A DNA stretch of 64,000 nucleotides, taken from an uncultured Candidatus Saccharibacteria bacterium. GTDB lineage: Bacteria > Patescibacteriota > Minisyncoccia > UBA6257 > WO2-44-18. The stretch's first letter is position 1; each line of letters begins with the position of its first letter. The stretch spans positions 3,054-67,053 of the forward strand of contig CAYJVO010000002.1 of the NCBI GenBank assembly GCA_964373675.1, read 5' to 3'. Position numbers and translations under genes: made by a program. The notes under the pieces were generated by a model. It made no database searches. It worked only from the letters and a program-made list of their open reading frames with translations, and was not told the DNA's origin. Below, in pieces: positions 55,796 to 64,000 of the stretch.

Positions 55796-56614
55796 TTATT
55801 GAGTTGAATTAGTTGCTGGCTCCGACTCTTCCGGCTTTTCCGGCCTAGGAACCGCTTTTAACGCCTTCAACGCATCCCTTACGGCTTCGCGAGCCGCATG
55901 AATTTTCTCCCGAACCGCCTTCAAGTCGTTATTTAAAGCTCTTCGCGCCGCCGATACCGCTTCACCTAACTTAGTCTCATCGGTAAAAGTAATGGTATAA
56001 GTCTTGGCTAATTGAGCTTCAATAGCTGATCGCGCCTCGGTAATCAATTTCCGGGCAGCATCAATAGCTGTTCTAACGGAACCGACTTCTACGCCTTCCG
56101 CCGCAAGCTTATTGACACGATCCTCAACCTTATTCAAAGCTTCTTCAATTCGTCTCAAAACTTCTCCCCAATGCTTAGTTAGCTTCTCATTGATTTCATC
56201 AAAACGTTTATCCAAGCGCTCAACGATCTGCTTTTTACGTTCGTCGCGAACCTTCGCCAACCGCTCTTTGAGCTCTTCGCGCTTCTTTTCCGTGTCTTCT
56301 TTCATCTTGACGCGAGCCGCTTCTACTCTTTGCTTAAACTGTTCTTGCGCAGCGCGGATCGCTTCGCGCTTCTGGTCCGACGCTTTACGAATCGCTTCTT
56401 TCTGCTCATCGGTTAAAGCGCGGGTCGCCTCTCGTTTTTGTTCAGCGACCTTTTGAATCGCTTCTCTTTTTTCTTCCGCCGTTTGGCGAACTTCTTCCCC
56501 CACTCGCTCGCGAGTAGGCGTCGGAGAAGTAGTCTGCGCGACCGTCACTAGGCCATTACTCAAGATCAGGCCTAGCACCAAAGAAATATGGGTTAATTTT
56601 ATGTTGACCTTCAT
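55796..56614 (-). CDS. secreted coiled-coil repeat protein, hypothetical
   Basis: Signal peptide and repeated EQKREAIRKA/EQKREATRAL motifs. Confidence 0.45.
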   Translation of the reverse strand: MKVNIKLTHISLVLGLILSNGLVTVAQTTSPTPTRERVGEEVRQTAEEKREAIQKVAEQKREATRALTDEQKEAIRKASDQKREAIRAAQEQFKQRVEAARVKMKEDTEKKREELKERLAKVRDERKKQIVERLDKRFDEINEKLTKHWGEVLRRIEEALNKVEDRVNKLAAEGVEVGSVRTAIDAARKLITEARSAIEAQLAKTYTITFTDETKLGEAVSAARRALNNDLKAVREKIHAAREAVRDALKALKAVPRPEKPEESEPATNSTQ

Positions 56615-56655
56615 GGTATTAATTATACGAAAAGTAAAAATTCAATCAAGTACGG

Positions 56656-56727
56656 GGTGCCCACCGGGAATCGGACCCGGGCCACTCCGGCCACAGCGGA
56701 GAGCTCTACCACTAAGCTATGGGCACC
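56656..56727 (-). tRNA. tRNA-His (GUG) with encoded G-1
   Basis: Reverse complement G-GTGCCCATAGCTTAGTGGTAGAGCTCTCCGCTGTGGCCGGAGTGGCCCGGGTTCGATTCCCGGTGGGCACC folds as a cloverleaf. The anticodon loop is CTGTGGC and the G-1:C73 pair is present. Confidence 0.85.
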
Positions 56728-56924
56728 ATATAAATTAAAATCTAAATTACAAAATCCAAATAACAAAACTAGTAATCACTTCTGCCGGATTTCCACCTAT
56801 ACAATACAACTGTTCAATGCGACTCGCAACATTAACACATTCCGCATCGCGTTCAGTTCATGTCATTCGGGTTGTATATTTAATGTTCGTATCATTCGGA
56901 TATAAGTTCCCGTTATTCGGATTA

Positions 56925-57025
56925 TCTATGTGCAGGGTTCATCCCGCGGGCTTATCCAGCCTTCGTAGCTGAAGCTACTTCGGCGGAGTAGGCCGCCCGG
57001 GGTTTTCGGCGAAGGAGAATAAAAG
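56925..57025 (+). repeat. R1 structured repeat copy (variant hairpin GTAGCTGAAGCTAC)
   Basis: ATCCCGCGGGCTTATCCAGCCTTCGTAGC...GGCGGAGTAGGCCGCCCGGGGTTTTCGGCGAAGGAGAATAAA is shared with 5106-5215 and 7535-7608. Confidence 0.7.
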
Positions 57026-57420
57026 TGCCCCGCAAGGCGATCCCTTGCGGGGCGAGAAATAGGAGAATGCGCCCCCCCTCTGGCGGCGATCCCGCCAGCA
57101 GGAAGCTTGGCTATCCGCCAAATCCGAGGATTCTCCGAACAATGAAATCCTTCAGCGCCCGGAGTGCGGACCTGATCCTCCTCAAGAAAGACGGCTTCGG
57201 TTCGCGAATGTCACCCACCGCTCCGAATCCAGCCGCCTCCTCAAGAGAAATAGGCGGCGCGTAGGTCCTGGCGACAAACCAGGATGGCGCCTTCTTGGAA
57301 CGCAGAAAGCGCCGCGCGCCCCGATTCCAATGAAATCTGGCATGAGAGTTAAGAAACCTTTGGCCCACGGACTTTTCACACCGAATGCAGAACGCCATGG
57401 CTCCTCCTTTCAAATCCTGG
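57025..57420. other. GC-rich (~60%) island of unknown nature adjoining an R1 repeat; contains a basic 94-100-aa ORF on the minus strand with a strong SD
   Basis: GC is about 20 points above the flanks. Minus-strand ORF 57111-57413 (MAFCIRCEKSVGQRF..., Arg-rich) is preceded by GAAAGGAGGAGCC. No RNA-family consensus could be matched by eye. Confidence 0.3.
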
Positions 57421-57449
57421 AAATTTTGAACTAATAAAAAGATATCATA

Positions 57450-58133
57450 CTATTGATCTTTTGTCAATAGCAGCCATTTGAGATCTTCCGAAGCCTCAAT
57501 TTCCAACTCCCCCGGCACCCGCAGCACCACTAAGTCGTCCCAGCTTGCCACCACCCAGCGCCGGCCGCGATAATTCTTGTTTTCCATGAAGTACCGAAGC
57601 GGCACTTCTTCTATTCCGCGTTTCTGGGTGGCGTGAATAACCGAACCTCTGCTGCCTTCTGCTTCAATGACTAAACCAACGTGACCGACGGTCAAATCAG
57701 GATCGTCAAAATAATAATTTACCCTCCCTTTTTTAAAAATCAGATCGCCGACCTGAAAATCGCCTCCCTCAATTCCCGAACTGTTAGCAAAACCAAATTG
57801 GGCAATAGAACGGCGGGGCAACCAGATGCCAATCCGGCCATACAGCCACTTAGTTAAACCAGAACAATCAAAATATTCCGGCGCCTCGCTCATTTGCGCC
57901 CGCCGCTTGTATTTTGATTTTCCCGCCAGCTGCCGGGCATAAAACCGAAGCAATTCTTGAGGCGTTAAGGGCATTATTTCAATTCCTAAATTCCTGATAG
58001 CTTTTTTAGTTTCCTCAACGGAAAGTCCGGACACCGATGATAAACTCAATGCCAATCTATCGCCTACCAATCTATACATGCTTGCTTTCCAAAAAACTTC
58101 CGGTATTCTACAATAAAAGTCTATGAAAATCAA
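57450..58133 (-). CDS. NlpC/P60-family cell-wall peptidase
   Basis: DCSGLTKWLYGRIGIWLPRRS is the catalytic Cys motif of the C40 family. Confidence 0.7.
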   Translation of the reverse strand: MIFIDFYCRIPEVFWKASMYRLVGDRLALSLSSVSGLSVEETKKAIRNLGIEIMPLTPQELLRFYARQLAGKSKYKRRAQMSEAPEYFDCSGLTKWLYGRIGIWLPRRSIAQFGFANSSGIEGGDFQVGDLIFKKGRVNYYFDDPDLTVGHVGLVIEAEGSRGSVIHATQKRGIEEVPLRYFMENKNYRGRRWVVASWDDLVVLRVPGELEIEASEDLKWLLLTKDQ

Positions 58134-58980
58134 AACTATAATTCTATTAGCGTCCCTTACCGGCCTAATCCTCGCCGCCGGTTATTATATCGGCGGGCAA
58201 AACGGACTTTGGACGGCTTTGATAATCGCCGCGATAATGAATTTCGGCTCTTACTGGCTTTCCGACAAAATTGTTCTCGCGATGTACCGCGCGAAACCGG
58301 TTTCAGAAAACGAGAGCCCGCGGTTCCATCAAATTGTCCGACGCTTGGCGGAAAAATCCGGTCTCCCCCAGCCGCGGCTTTATATTGTAAACCTGCCAAT
58401 TCCGAACGCTTTTGCCACTGGCCGAAATCCCAAGCATGCCGCCGTGGCTGTAACGCCCGCATTAATGGAAATATTAGACGATGAAGAACTGGAAGGCGTT
58501 CTTGCCCATGAACTTTCTCACGTCAAAAACCGAGATATTTTAATTTCCAGCATCGCCGCCACTCTAGCCGGAGCGATTTCTATGCTCGCCCAAATGGCTT
58601 ATTTCGCCGCAATGTTTGGCGGACGGCGCGATAACAGAAACGGCGGGAGTCCGTTTGGTATGCTCGCGCTGGTAATTCTAACCCCGCTTATTGCTACCCT
58701 GCTTCATCTTGCCATTTCCCGTTCGCGTGAATTTCTTGCCGATGAAACCGGCGCCAAAAATTCCGGCAAACCGGCGGCGCTTGCCCGAGCTTTAGAAAAA
58801 ATCCATGCCGCTTCTTTGCGCCGACCATTAATTGCCGAACCGCGTTACGAAGCCACCGCCCATCTTTTTATCTCTAATCCTTTCCGTCCGTCGCTTTTAA
58901 TGAAGCTTTTCTCTACCCACCCGCCAGTAGAGGAACGGGTAAAACGCTTAAGTAAAATGAATATAGAAAAAAGCGGCTAA
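58123..58980 (+). CDS. htpX: protease HtpX (M48 zinc metalloprotease)
   Basis: HELSHVKNRD is the HExxH motif, and there are N-terminal TM helices. 285 aa. Confidence 0.9.
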   Translation: MKIKTIILLASLTGLILAAGYYIGGQNGLWTALIIAAIMNFGSYWLSDKIVLAMYRAKPVSENESPRFHQIVRRLAEKSGLPQPRLYIVNLPIPNAFATGRNPKHAAVAVTPALMEILDDEELEGVLAHELSHVKNRDILISSIAATLAGAISMLAQMAYFAAMFGGRRDNRNGGSPFGMLALVILTPLIATLLHLAISRSREFLADETGAKNSGKPAALARALEKIHAASLRRPLIAEPRYEATAHLFISNPFRPSLLMKLFSTHPPVEERVKRLSKMNIEKSG

Positions 58981-59270
58981 GTGCCGCTTTTTGATTTTAA
59001 CTGGTTGAATTTTTTAATTTCGGCAACTCTTGCTTCGTCAAGATCGTGCCAACTACCGCAAGCGCAAGCACCATCTATAACATCACAGCGAATGCCGCCA
59101 TTACTTCCCAAATCAACATATTTGCTGTGGGCGTCTAATAACCCGGAGTCAATCGCTCCGTTTATCATAGAACAAGCCATCAGTGCATCCATGTTATGAA
59201 TGTGGTTTTCGGGATGGTCTTTAATATCTTCCAAAACTACCGCGTAAATCCGCTCCATAACAACAACCAT
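58977..59270 (-). CDS. hypothetical protein
   Basis: 97-aa ORF with a CDVIDGACACGSWHD cluster and no recognised family. Confidence 0.3.
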   Translation of the reverse strand: MVVVMERIYAVVLEDIKDHPENHIHNMDALMACSMINGAIDSGLLDAHSKYVDLGSNGGIRCDVIDGACACGSWHDLDEARVAEIKKFNQLKSKSGT

Positions 59271-59417
59271 TAAAAAACTAATACTAGTTTATCAAAAAAG
59301 ATATTAATTTACAAATTTGTGCAGTGGTACATTCAACTCTGAAGTTGCAACACCCGTTAACTCATAACAAAAACGAAGAGCCGACCTCTTATAGAGCGTC
59401 GGCTTTGAGCTATTAAG

Positions 59418-59489
59418 TGTCCCCATGTGGAATCGAACCACAATCTCATCCTTCGCAGGGATACGCTCTATCCATTGAGCTATGGGGAC
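59418..59489 (-). tRNA. tRNA-Arg (anticodon GCG)
   Basis: Reverse complement GTCCCCATAGCTCAATGGATAGAGCGTATCCCTGCGAAGGATGAGATTGTGGTTCGATTCCACATGGGGACA folds as a cloverleaf with anticodon loop CTGCGAA. The D-arm is Arg-like. Confidence 0.75.
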
Positions 59490-59640
59490 AACGCCTATCA
59501 AAGTTTAAGCTTAATATAGCCGTCTTTGATCATCTTCTCAATATAATCTTTACGTTTTAAATCCTTAATCTTTCTTTCAATCCTACGAGCCTCGGGTAGA
59601 GCGTCGGCTTTGAGCTATGGGCGCGTTATTCGCGTGTTCT

Positions 59641-60090
59641 CTAAAATCTCAAAATTCTTGCCAGATGATCAATTAAGGATTCTTCGTATTCAATCTCTGC
59701 CAGATGGTTGCTTAAAAAACTTTTGATTCTTCCAATATCTGATTCGCTCGCCAGTATTTTTAAATACGGGGTTAAACGACGCTTTTGCTTAAAAATCACT
59801 TCGCTGTCGCGGACAGCAAAACCGGAAAAATCTTCGTAAGGATAAAATTTTTTGTCCTCCATGGCAAGCCCTTTTTCATCCAGTTTAAACTCCAGCTCCC
59901 GAGGCAATTGGCGCGCCCAAAATATCACTACCAGTTCGGCAATTACGACAAACAAAGCGAATAAAAAATTCCCGAACCACAAAGCGACTGCCACTACCAA
60001 AATTGCAATGATCGCTGTCAGCCAATACCAAGAAACGCCTTTTGTCCGATATTCAAACTCCGGCGCGCGCCACCGAACCTCTTTTAACAT
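59641..60090 (-). CDS. membrane protein with N-terminal TM pair, hypothetical
   Basis: 149 aa with hydrophobic segment WYWLTAIIAILVVAVALWFGNFLFALFVVIAELVVIFWA. Confidence 0.3.
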   Translation of the reverse strand: MLKEVRWRAPEFEYRTKGVSWYWLTAIIAILVVAVALWFGNFLFALFVVIAELVVIFWARQLPRELEFKLDEKGLAMEDKKFYPYEDFSGFAVRDSEVIFKQKRRLTPYLKILASESDIGRIKSFLSNHLAEIEYEESLIDHLARILRF

Positions 60091-60102
60091 AACTAAATTA
60101 TA

Positions 60103-61005
60103 CTATAGGGCCGTTTCAATTATATAATCTAAAAGTTTCTGAAAACTTATCCCAACTGCTTTCGCCCCCTGCGGCAACAAACTCATCTCTGTCATTCCCG
60201 GCAAGGTATTAATCTCCAAAACGTATAAATTACTGTTCTCTATACTCTTTCCTCTATCCTCTAAAATAAAGTCTGTCCGTGAATATCCCTTCGCCCCAAT
60301 CGCTTTATGGGCCTTCAGTGCCGCCTGCTGGATTTTTTTAATCATCGGCGGCGGCAATTTCGGCGGCGTAATTTCCCGCGACGCGCCTTTTACGTATTTC
60401 GCTTTATAATCAAAAAACTTTGATTTAGAAATAATCTCCGTTGGCAAAAGCGGCCTCAACTGGCCGCCGACTTCCAGCACTCCGCAAGTCAGCTCACGGC
60501 CGGCAATATATTCCTGTGCCATGATTTTCCTGGAATGACCCGCGGCATTTTTCACTGCCATTTCCAATTCTTTAAAATTTCTGGCGATATTCACGCCGAC
60601 GCTGGATCCCCGATCCGCCGGTTTTATTACTATAGGAAAACCATTTGGCCGACCGGGCACCAGCAATCCGACTTTTTTAAAAACTGCTTCGGAGGCCAAC
60701 TTATCCATCCCTAACTCACTGGCCTGACTGCCGGATCCCGTAAAAGGAATTTCCAGTTTTTCCAAAATCCGCTGAACCGTCCCATCTTCACCATATTCTC
60801 CGTGCATAGCGATAAAAACCACATCAAAATTTTTCTTAAGCTGATCAAAGGTAATTGGCCACTTGCAGGATTTAGAAACCCTTATCGGTCTGGCATCATA
60901 CTTGGCGTGATCTAAAAATTTCAGCACCATTTGGCCACTCTTTAAAGAAATAGCGTGCTCTGCCGACGGCCCGCCCATTAAAACGGCGACGCGAATTTTC
61001 TTCAT
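60103..61005 (-). CDS. ddl: D-alanine--D-alanine ligase
   Basis: MKKIRVAVLMGGPSAEHAISLKSG at the N-terminus, an ATP-grasp core, and LEINTLPGMT at the C-terminus. Confidence 0.9.
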   Translation of the reverse strand: MKKIRVAVLMGGPSAEHAISLKSGQMVLKFLDHAKYDARPIRVSKSCKWPITFDQLKKNFDVVFIAMHGEYGEDGTVQRILEKLEIPFTGSGSQASELGMDKLASEAVFKKVGLLVPGRPNGFPIVIKPADRGSSVGVNIARNFKELEMAVKNAAGHSRKIMAQEYIAGRELTCGVLEVGGQLRPLLPTEIISKSKFFDYKAKYVKGASREITPPKLPPPMIKKIQQAALKAHKAIGAKGYSRTDFILEDRGKSIENSNLYVLEINTLPGMTEMSLLPQGAKAVGISFQKLLDYIIETAL

Positions 61006-62123
61006 AATTTCTTCTCAATAAGCCGCCTTACTACTTTATTCCATTTTCTCAACGGCTCATTAATAAACAAAGCTACGGCTTTTTCTCTTGAGTAGCCGAA
61101 TTCCTCCAATGTTTTAATTGCGCCAACCGCGTCATGTATCAACTGTTCGTACTCAGATTTTAAAACATTTTCAGCGGCCTCTTTTACTAAGCCGGGGAAA
61201 GATTTTTCCAACCGCTTTTCCAAAAATGGAATCTCCCGCTCTCTGATCTCCCGGAAATAATCATACCTGCCTTCGCCCGGCTTTAGCCGCAATAAAATTC
61301 TTCTCGGCTCCTCGCCTGTGGAAAAATAAGCTAAAATTTCATCCTTGGCGCGCGATTCCGCCCATTCTCGCTGTTCCCTCAAATAACGCTCGGCCAAATT
61401 CTTTGCTTCGCTTCTGGTCTGCGCCGGTTTTTCATTTAATAAAATAGTGCGATCTCTTTCTTCTTTAAATAAATGATTAATGGCGTGCTGTTCTTCGTGG
61501 ATTAGTGTCTGCGGCTTTTCGTTTTCTGGAACTTTTGCCGCGTTTTCAGCAATAATTGTTCCTTCAAGCTCGGGTATTAAAGATTTACGAATGTGAGCTC
61601 CTCTACTGACCTCGGCTGCTGCCAAATCGCGTTCTGTTAAAACCCGCTTTTCCGCAAAGGCCTGACTGCGTATTAAAGCATAATCTCTCAAATCATAGCA
61701 TCTAAAATACACAGTCATCGGTCCTTGAACCACCTCTACTTTGCCTTTTGGCGCTTGCCCGAATACTGCCTTAAAAAGGTCAGAGGGGTCAGGAATTCCT
61801 TCTGCCGCCTTTTTCACTGCCTCATGTTTAAGTCTATAACGGGCCAAAATAGTTCTAGTGATCAGTTTTTGTTCTTCTGTAAGACCGAATCTTTCCCCCA
61901 TTTCCTCAATAATGCTGTTTAACTCTTGAGGACCTATATCAGGATTGGCCCTGATGTTTGCTATAAGTTTTAATTCCAAATCAGCGATTCCTTCTTTTTG
62001 CGCCGCCAGCTTTTCTTTAAATTCTTCTAACTTGACTCGTTTCTCCTCTTTTGGGGCCTTTCTAACTTTTTCCAATTCCTCTTTAGACGAAAACTGTTCT
62101 GAAAACTCCAGCTTCTCTTTCAT
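61002..62123 (-). CDS. hypothetical protein
   Basis: About 373 aa and charged/helical. The longest ORF begins MCGM inside a cassette arm, so the Met at 62123 (MKEKLEF) is preferred. Confidence 0.4.
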   Translation of the reverse strand: MKEKLEFSEQFSSKEELEKVRKAPKEEKRVKLEEFKEKLAAQKEGIADLELKLIANIRANPDIGPQELNSIIEEMGERFGLTEEQKLITRTILARYRLKHEAVKKAAEGIPDPSDLFKAVFGQAPKGKVEVVQGPMTVYFRCYDLRDYALIRSQAFAEKRVLTERDLAAAEVSRGAHIRKSLIPELEGTIIAENAAKVPENEKPQTLIHEEQHAINHLFKEERDRTILLNEKPAQTRSEAKNLAERYLREQREWAESRAKDEILAYFSTGEEPRRILLRLKPGEGRYDYFREIREREIPFLEKRLEKSFPGLVKEAAENVLKSEYEQLIHDAVGAIKTLEEFGYSREKAVALFINEPLRKWNKVVRRLIEKKL

Positions 62124-62195
62124 CCCACACATAACTAAGACTGCAGCAACGCTGCAATCCTAATACTAGTCTGACCTTTTAACTTTTTAACTTGT
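62121..62195. mobile_element. partial family A cassette (left arm CATCCCACACATAACTAAGACT plus about 50 bp shared with copy 2; no right arm)
   Basis: CATCCCACACATAACTAAGACTGCAGCAACGCTGCAATCC...TTTTAACTTTTTAACTT matches 21931-21995. The arm CAT is the start codon. Confidence 0.55.
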
Positions 62196-62250
62196 TTCAT
62201 CTTTCCCAATTTAACAAAAAACCGAGCGGATAACCAGTTAAATGCTCGGT

Positions 62251-63075
62251 TTATAATGAAATGCTGCTGGTGAAAAGCTCGTCTCTTTTGACTTCTTTAA
62301 TACCCAATAACCTCAGCCATCGCCAGCAAACAGCGCAAGGAGCAGTGTGGCCGCTGAAAATTAACCGGGCGCCGCAAAGCGTCTTTCTTTCTTTCGAAGT
62401 GAACAGCTCACGGATTAGCTTCGCTGTTGGCTTGGTTGGATTAAAACATTTTGCGAAATCCGCCGGATCACGGTTGGGACGCACATTCAGCAAAGCGTCA
62501 ACTGCGTCGTGGATCGTACCGCAAAGTTCCTGCTGAACGCCGCTTGGCAAATCGCGCCGCCGGCAACCTTCCAGAGTCTCCATCGCCGCGCAATGGTTTG
62601 CCCCGCGGCTGATGATTCTTCCATACCGATCAACCAGCACCGCGCCAACAGAAGCCCGCTCGCAGCTGGCCAACGCGCGGCACTTCCTAGCTTCCTGAAG
62701 TAAATTCTTTTCGTGAATCTTTAAAAGCCAATTTTCTAATTGACCTTCCGTCCGTCTAAGCTGCTCCGGATTAATAATCTCAATGGGTTTTCTTAATAGC
62801 TTCCACATGGCAAACCATATTCCCAGATTAAAAATTGATGTCGTGGTTGTTCCAGACCAACAAACAGCGACTCTATCGCATTCTCTCATGACAGAAAATG
62901 TTCTACTTAGAAAATTAAAATCCCAATAATTTATTAGCGACAAATCTTCCCAGAGCCAATAAACCTTGTTGCCTTTCGCCTCTTCGGACTTGATATATTG
63001 CGCGCAGAGCTTGTGGAAACTGCTGCCCTCCAAAAGATCTTCTGTTAACGGCAATAAAAAAATCTTTGTCATCAA
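62251..63075 (-). CDS. protein with C-terminal cytidine/deoxycytidylate-deaminase-like zinc motif
   Basis: NHCAAME...SGHTAPCAVCW resembles the H(A/C)E...PCxxC deaminase zinc site. The N-terminal ~130 aa are unassigned. Confidence 0.35.
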   Translation of the reverse strand: MMTKIFLLPLTEDLLEGSSFHKLCAQYIKSEEAKGNKVYWLWEDLSLINYWDFNFLSRTFSVMRECDRVAVCWSGTTTTSIFNLGIWFAMWKLLRKPIEIINPEQLRRTEGQLENWLLKIHEKNLLQEARKCRALASCERASVGAVLVDRYGRIISRGANHCAAMETLEGCRRRDLPSGVQQELCGTIHDAVDALLNVRPNRDPADFAKCFNPTKPTAKLIRELFTSKERKTLCGARLIFSGHTAPCAVCWRWLRLLGIKEVKRDELFTSSISL

Positions 63076-63420
63076 CTATTCCATTAAATTCTCATATTCC
63101 AGCGGCCCCCGAGGATAGGGTTCGGCCGGAGGGCTGGTACGCTGATAAACCGGCTGAAAATAATCATCAGTCTTAAAGAATTGCCGGCATTTATTGCAAT
63201 GAACTTGCATCAGAACGCCATTTTGCCAAGTGCAGGCCGCTACTTGATGGCAGGCTCGGCAAACTGCGTAAGTACCGCACGCTTCTTCATTCGGTCGGTC
63301 TTTTGAATAAGCTGAGCCGTTGAATTCAGAAAACGGAGCAAAACGCAAAAGCTTGCCGCGATTTTTAAAATAAGCTGTCGCTGCCTTAAGCTGATCATTA
63401 GTTAATCTCAAATCCGCCAT
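63076..63420 (-). CDS. Cys-rich zinc-finger-like hypothetical protein
   Basis: CGTYAVCRACHQVAAC...HCNKCRQFF. Confidence 0.3.
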   Translation of the reverse strand: MADLRLTNDQLKAATAYFKNRGKLLRFAPFSEFNGSAYSKDRPNEEACGTYAVCRACHQVAACTWQNGVLMQVHCNKCRQFFKTDDYFQPVYQRTSPPAEPYPRGPLEYENLME

Positions 63421-63490
63421 ATTCTTCTCTAAAAAAGCTGCCTCTAAATTAACATAAATATAGGAAAAAATGAAGCCCCGTGGAGCGGGG

Positions 63491-63928
63491 TCATTTATTT
63501 AATTCTTTCTCAAAGTCCTCGCGGTAGACGATCCAGCTATTATCATTTTGAAAATCGTAATTATGCATCGCATCTAGTGGCGGAGCGTAAACATGAATAG
63601 ATTTAGCAGGTTTCTTGTTTGAAACATTGCCCATCTGGTGAATAATGTCCGGCGTTTCCAAAATCACATCGCCTGCCTTATAAGTCTTGTGGAACAGAAA
63701 TTTTTTAGTTTTCTTATCATAAACTTTCTGAAAAATTTTTCCTTCCAGCACCATAATCATTCCGCACGAAATACCATGGTCGTGAAATTCACTTTTCGCT
63801 CCCGGCGGCCAAGTTACTTCTAGAACTTCGTACTTTCCTTTATCCAAGAGCAGCTGCCTGCGATTGTACGATCCAAGCCTCATCTCATTCGCCAATCTTT
63901 TCAAAATACTGTTCAGATTATAACGCAA
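63491..63928 (-). CDS. cupin-domain protein (cysteine-dioxygenase-like)
   Basis: EFHDHGISCGMIMVLEGKI...HVYAPPL has cupin His motifs. Confidence 0.5.
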   Translation of the reverse strand: MRYNLNSILKRLANEMRLGSYNRRQLLLDKGKYEVLEVTWPPGAKSEFHDHGISCGMIMVLEGKIFQKVYDKKTKKFLFHKTYKAGDVILETPDIIHQMGNVSNKKPAKSIHVYAPPLDAMHNYDFQNDNSWIVYREDFEKELNK

Positions 63929-64000
63929 GTTGAGAAAATAAAAAAATAGGGCGGGAGAGTAGTGCCTTTTTGTAAACCTCTAAATTTTCAAAATCAAACA

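Noticed and set aside
57111-57413. Considered calling the GC-rich segment RNase P RNA or SRP RNA.
   Set aside because: Only a loose match to the RNase P P4 strand (GAAAAGTCCGTGGGCC vs GGAAAGUCCGGGCUCC). No matching 3' P4 strand, no GGUAACGCC-type J11/12, and no SRP domain IV consensus. Left as an unknown GC island.
59304-59501. 65-aa ORF (MIGVVPIAQWIERIP...) in the track.
   Set aside because: It is the antisense translation of tRNA-Arg. The AQWIER peptide is the classic artefact of reading across a tRNA.

Overview
Most of this window is a low-GC (~40%) bacterial region, mainly minus-strand coding, with standard genetic code and a CPR/Patescibacteria-like gene repertoire. About 1-36 kb is one long cell-surface glycan biosynthesis island. 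It holds two radical SAM enzymes, a polysaccharide deacetylase, two TagF-like transferases, a nonulosonic-acid module (NeuC-like hydrolysing 2-epimerase and a CMP-sugar cytidylyltransferase), UDP-sulfoquinovose synthase (SQD1/SqdB), about seven SAM methyltransferases, an ACP/AMP-ligase/ketoreductase/GNAT acylation module, six GT4 glycosyltransferases, a Wzx-like flippase and a 1260-aa cell-wall-anchored surface protein. The rest of the window is housekeeping: galU, clpB with a perfect CIRCE operator, cysteine desulfurase, a split phosphomannomutase, ftsK, recA, a glycogen cluster (GH57, glgA, YvcK-like), htpX, ddl, tRNA-His and tRNA-Arg.

The unusual content is several families of small repeats that sit in or against genes. 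(1) Inverted-repeat cassettes sharing the termini CATCCCG...CGGGAT(G/C) lie exactly on the start codons of five glycan-cluster genes and carry AT-rich, promoter-like interiors, which looks like invertible promoters or promoter-delivering MITEs. (2) An 89-bp MITE-like element is inserted in-frame inside two unrelated CDSs. (3) At least 18 short arrays of 7-nt tandem repeats (TGACACC/TGATACC/GAACTTT/AATTTTA...) sit in-frame in loop regions of GT4 glycosyltransferases, a cysteine desulfurase and phosphomannomutase, and also as inverted pairs around an intergenic promoter and around an Avd-like four-helix-bundle gene. (4) A ~90-bp structured repeat (R1) supplies a Shine-Dalgarno to one gene and extends the ORF of another. 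(5) There is an iteron-like tandem repeat block with a 40-bp perfect palindrome. (6) There are two GC-rich islands of unknown nature.
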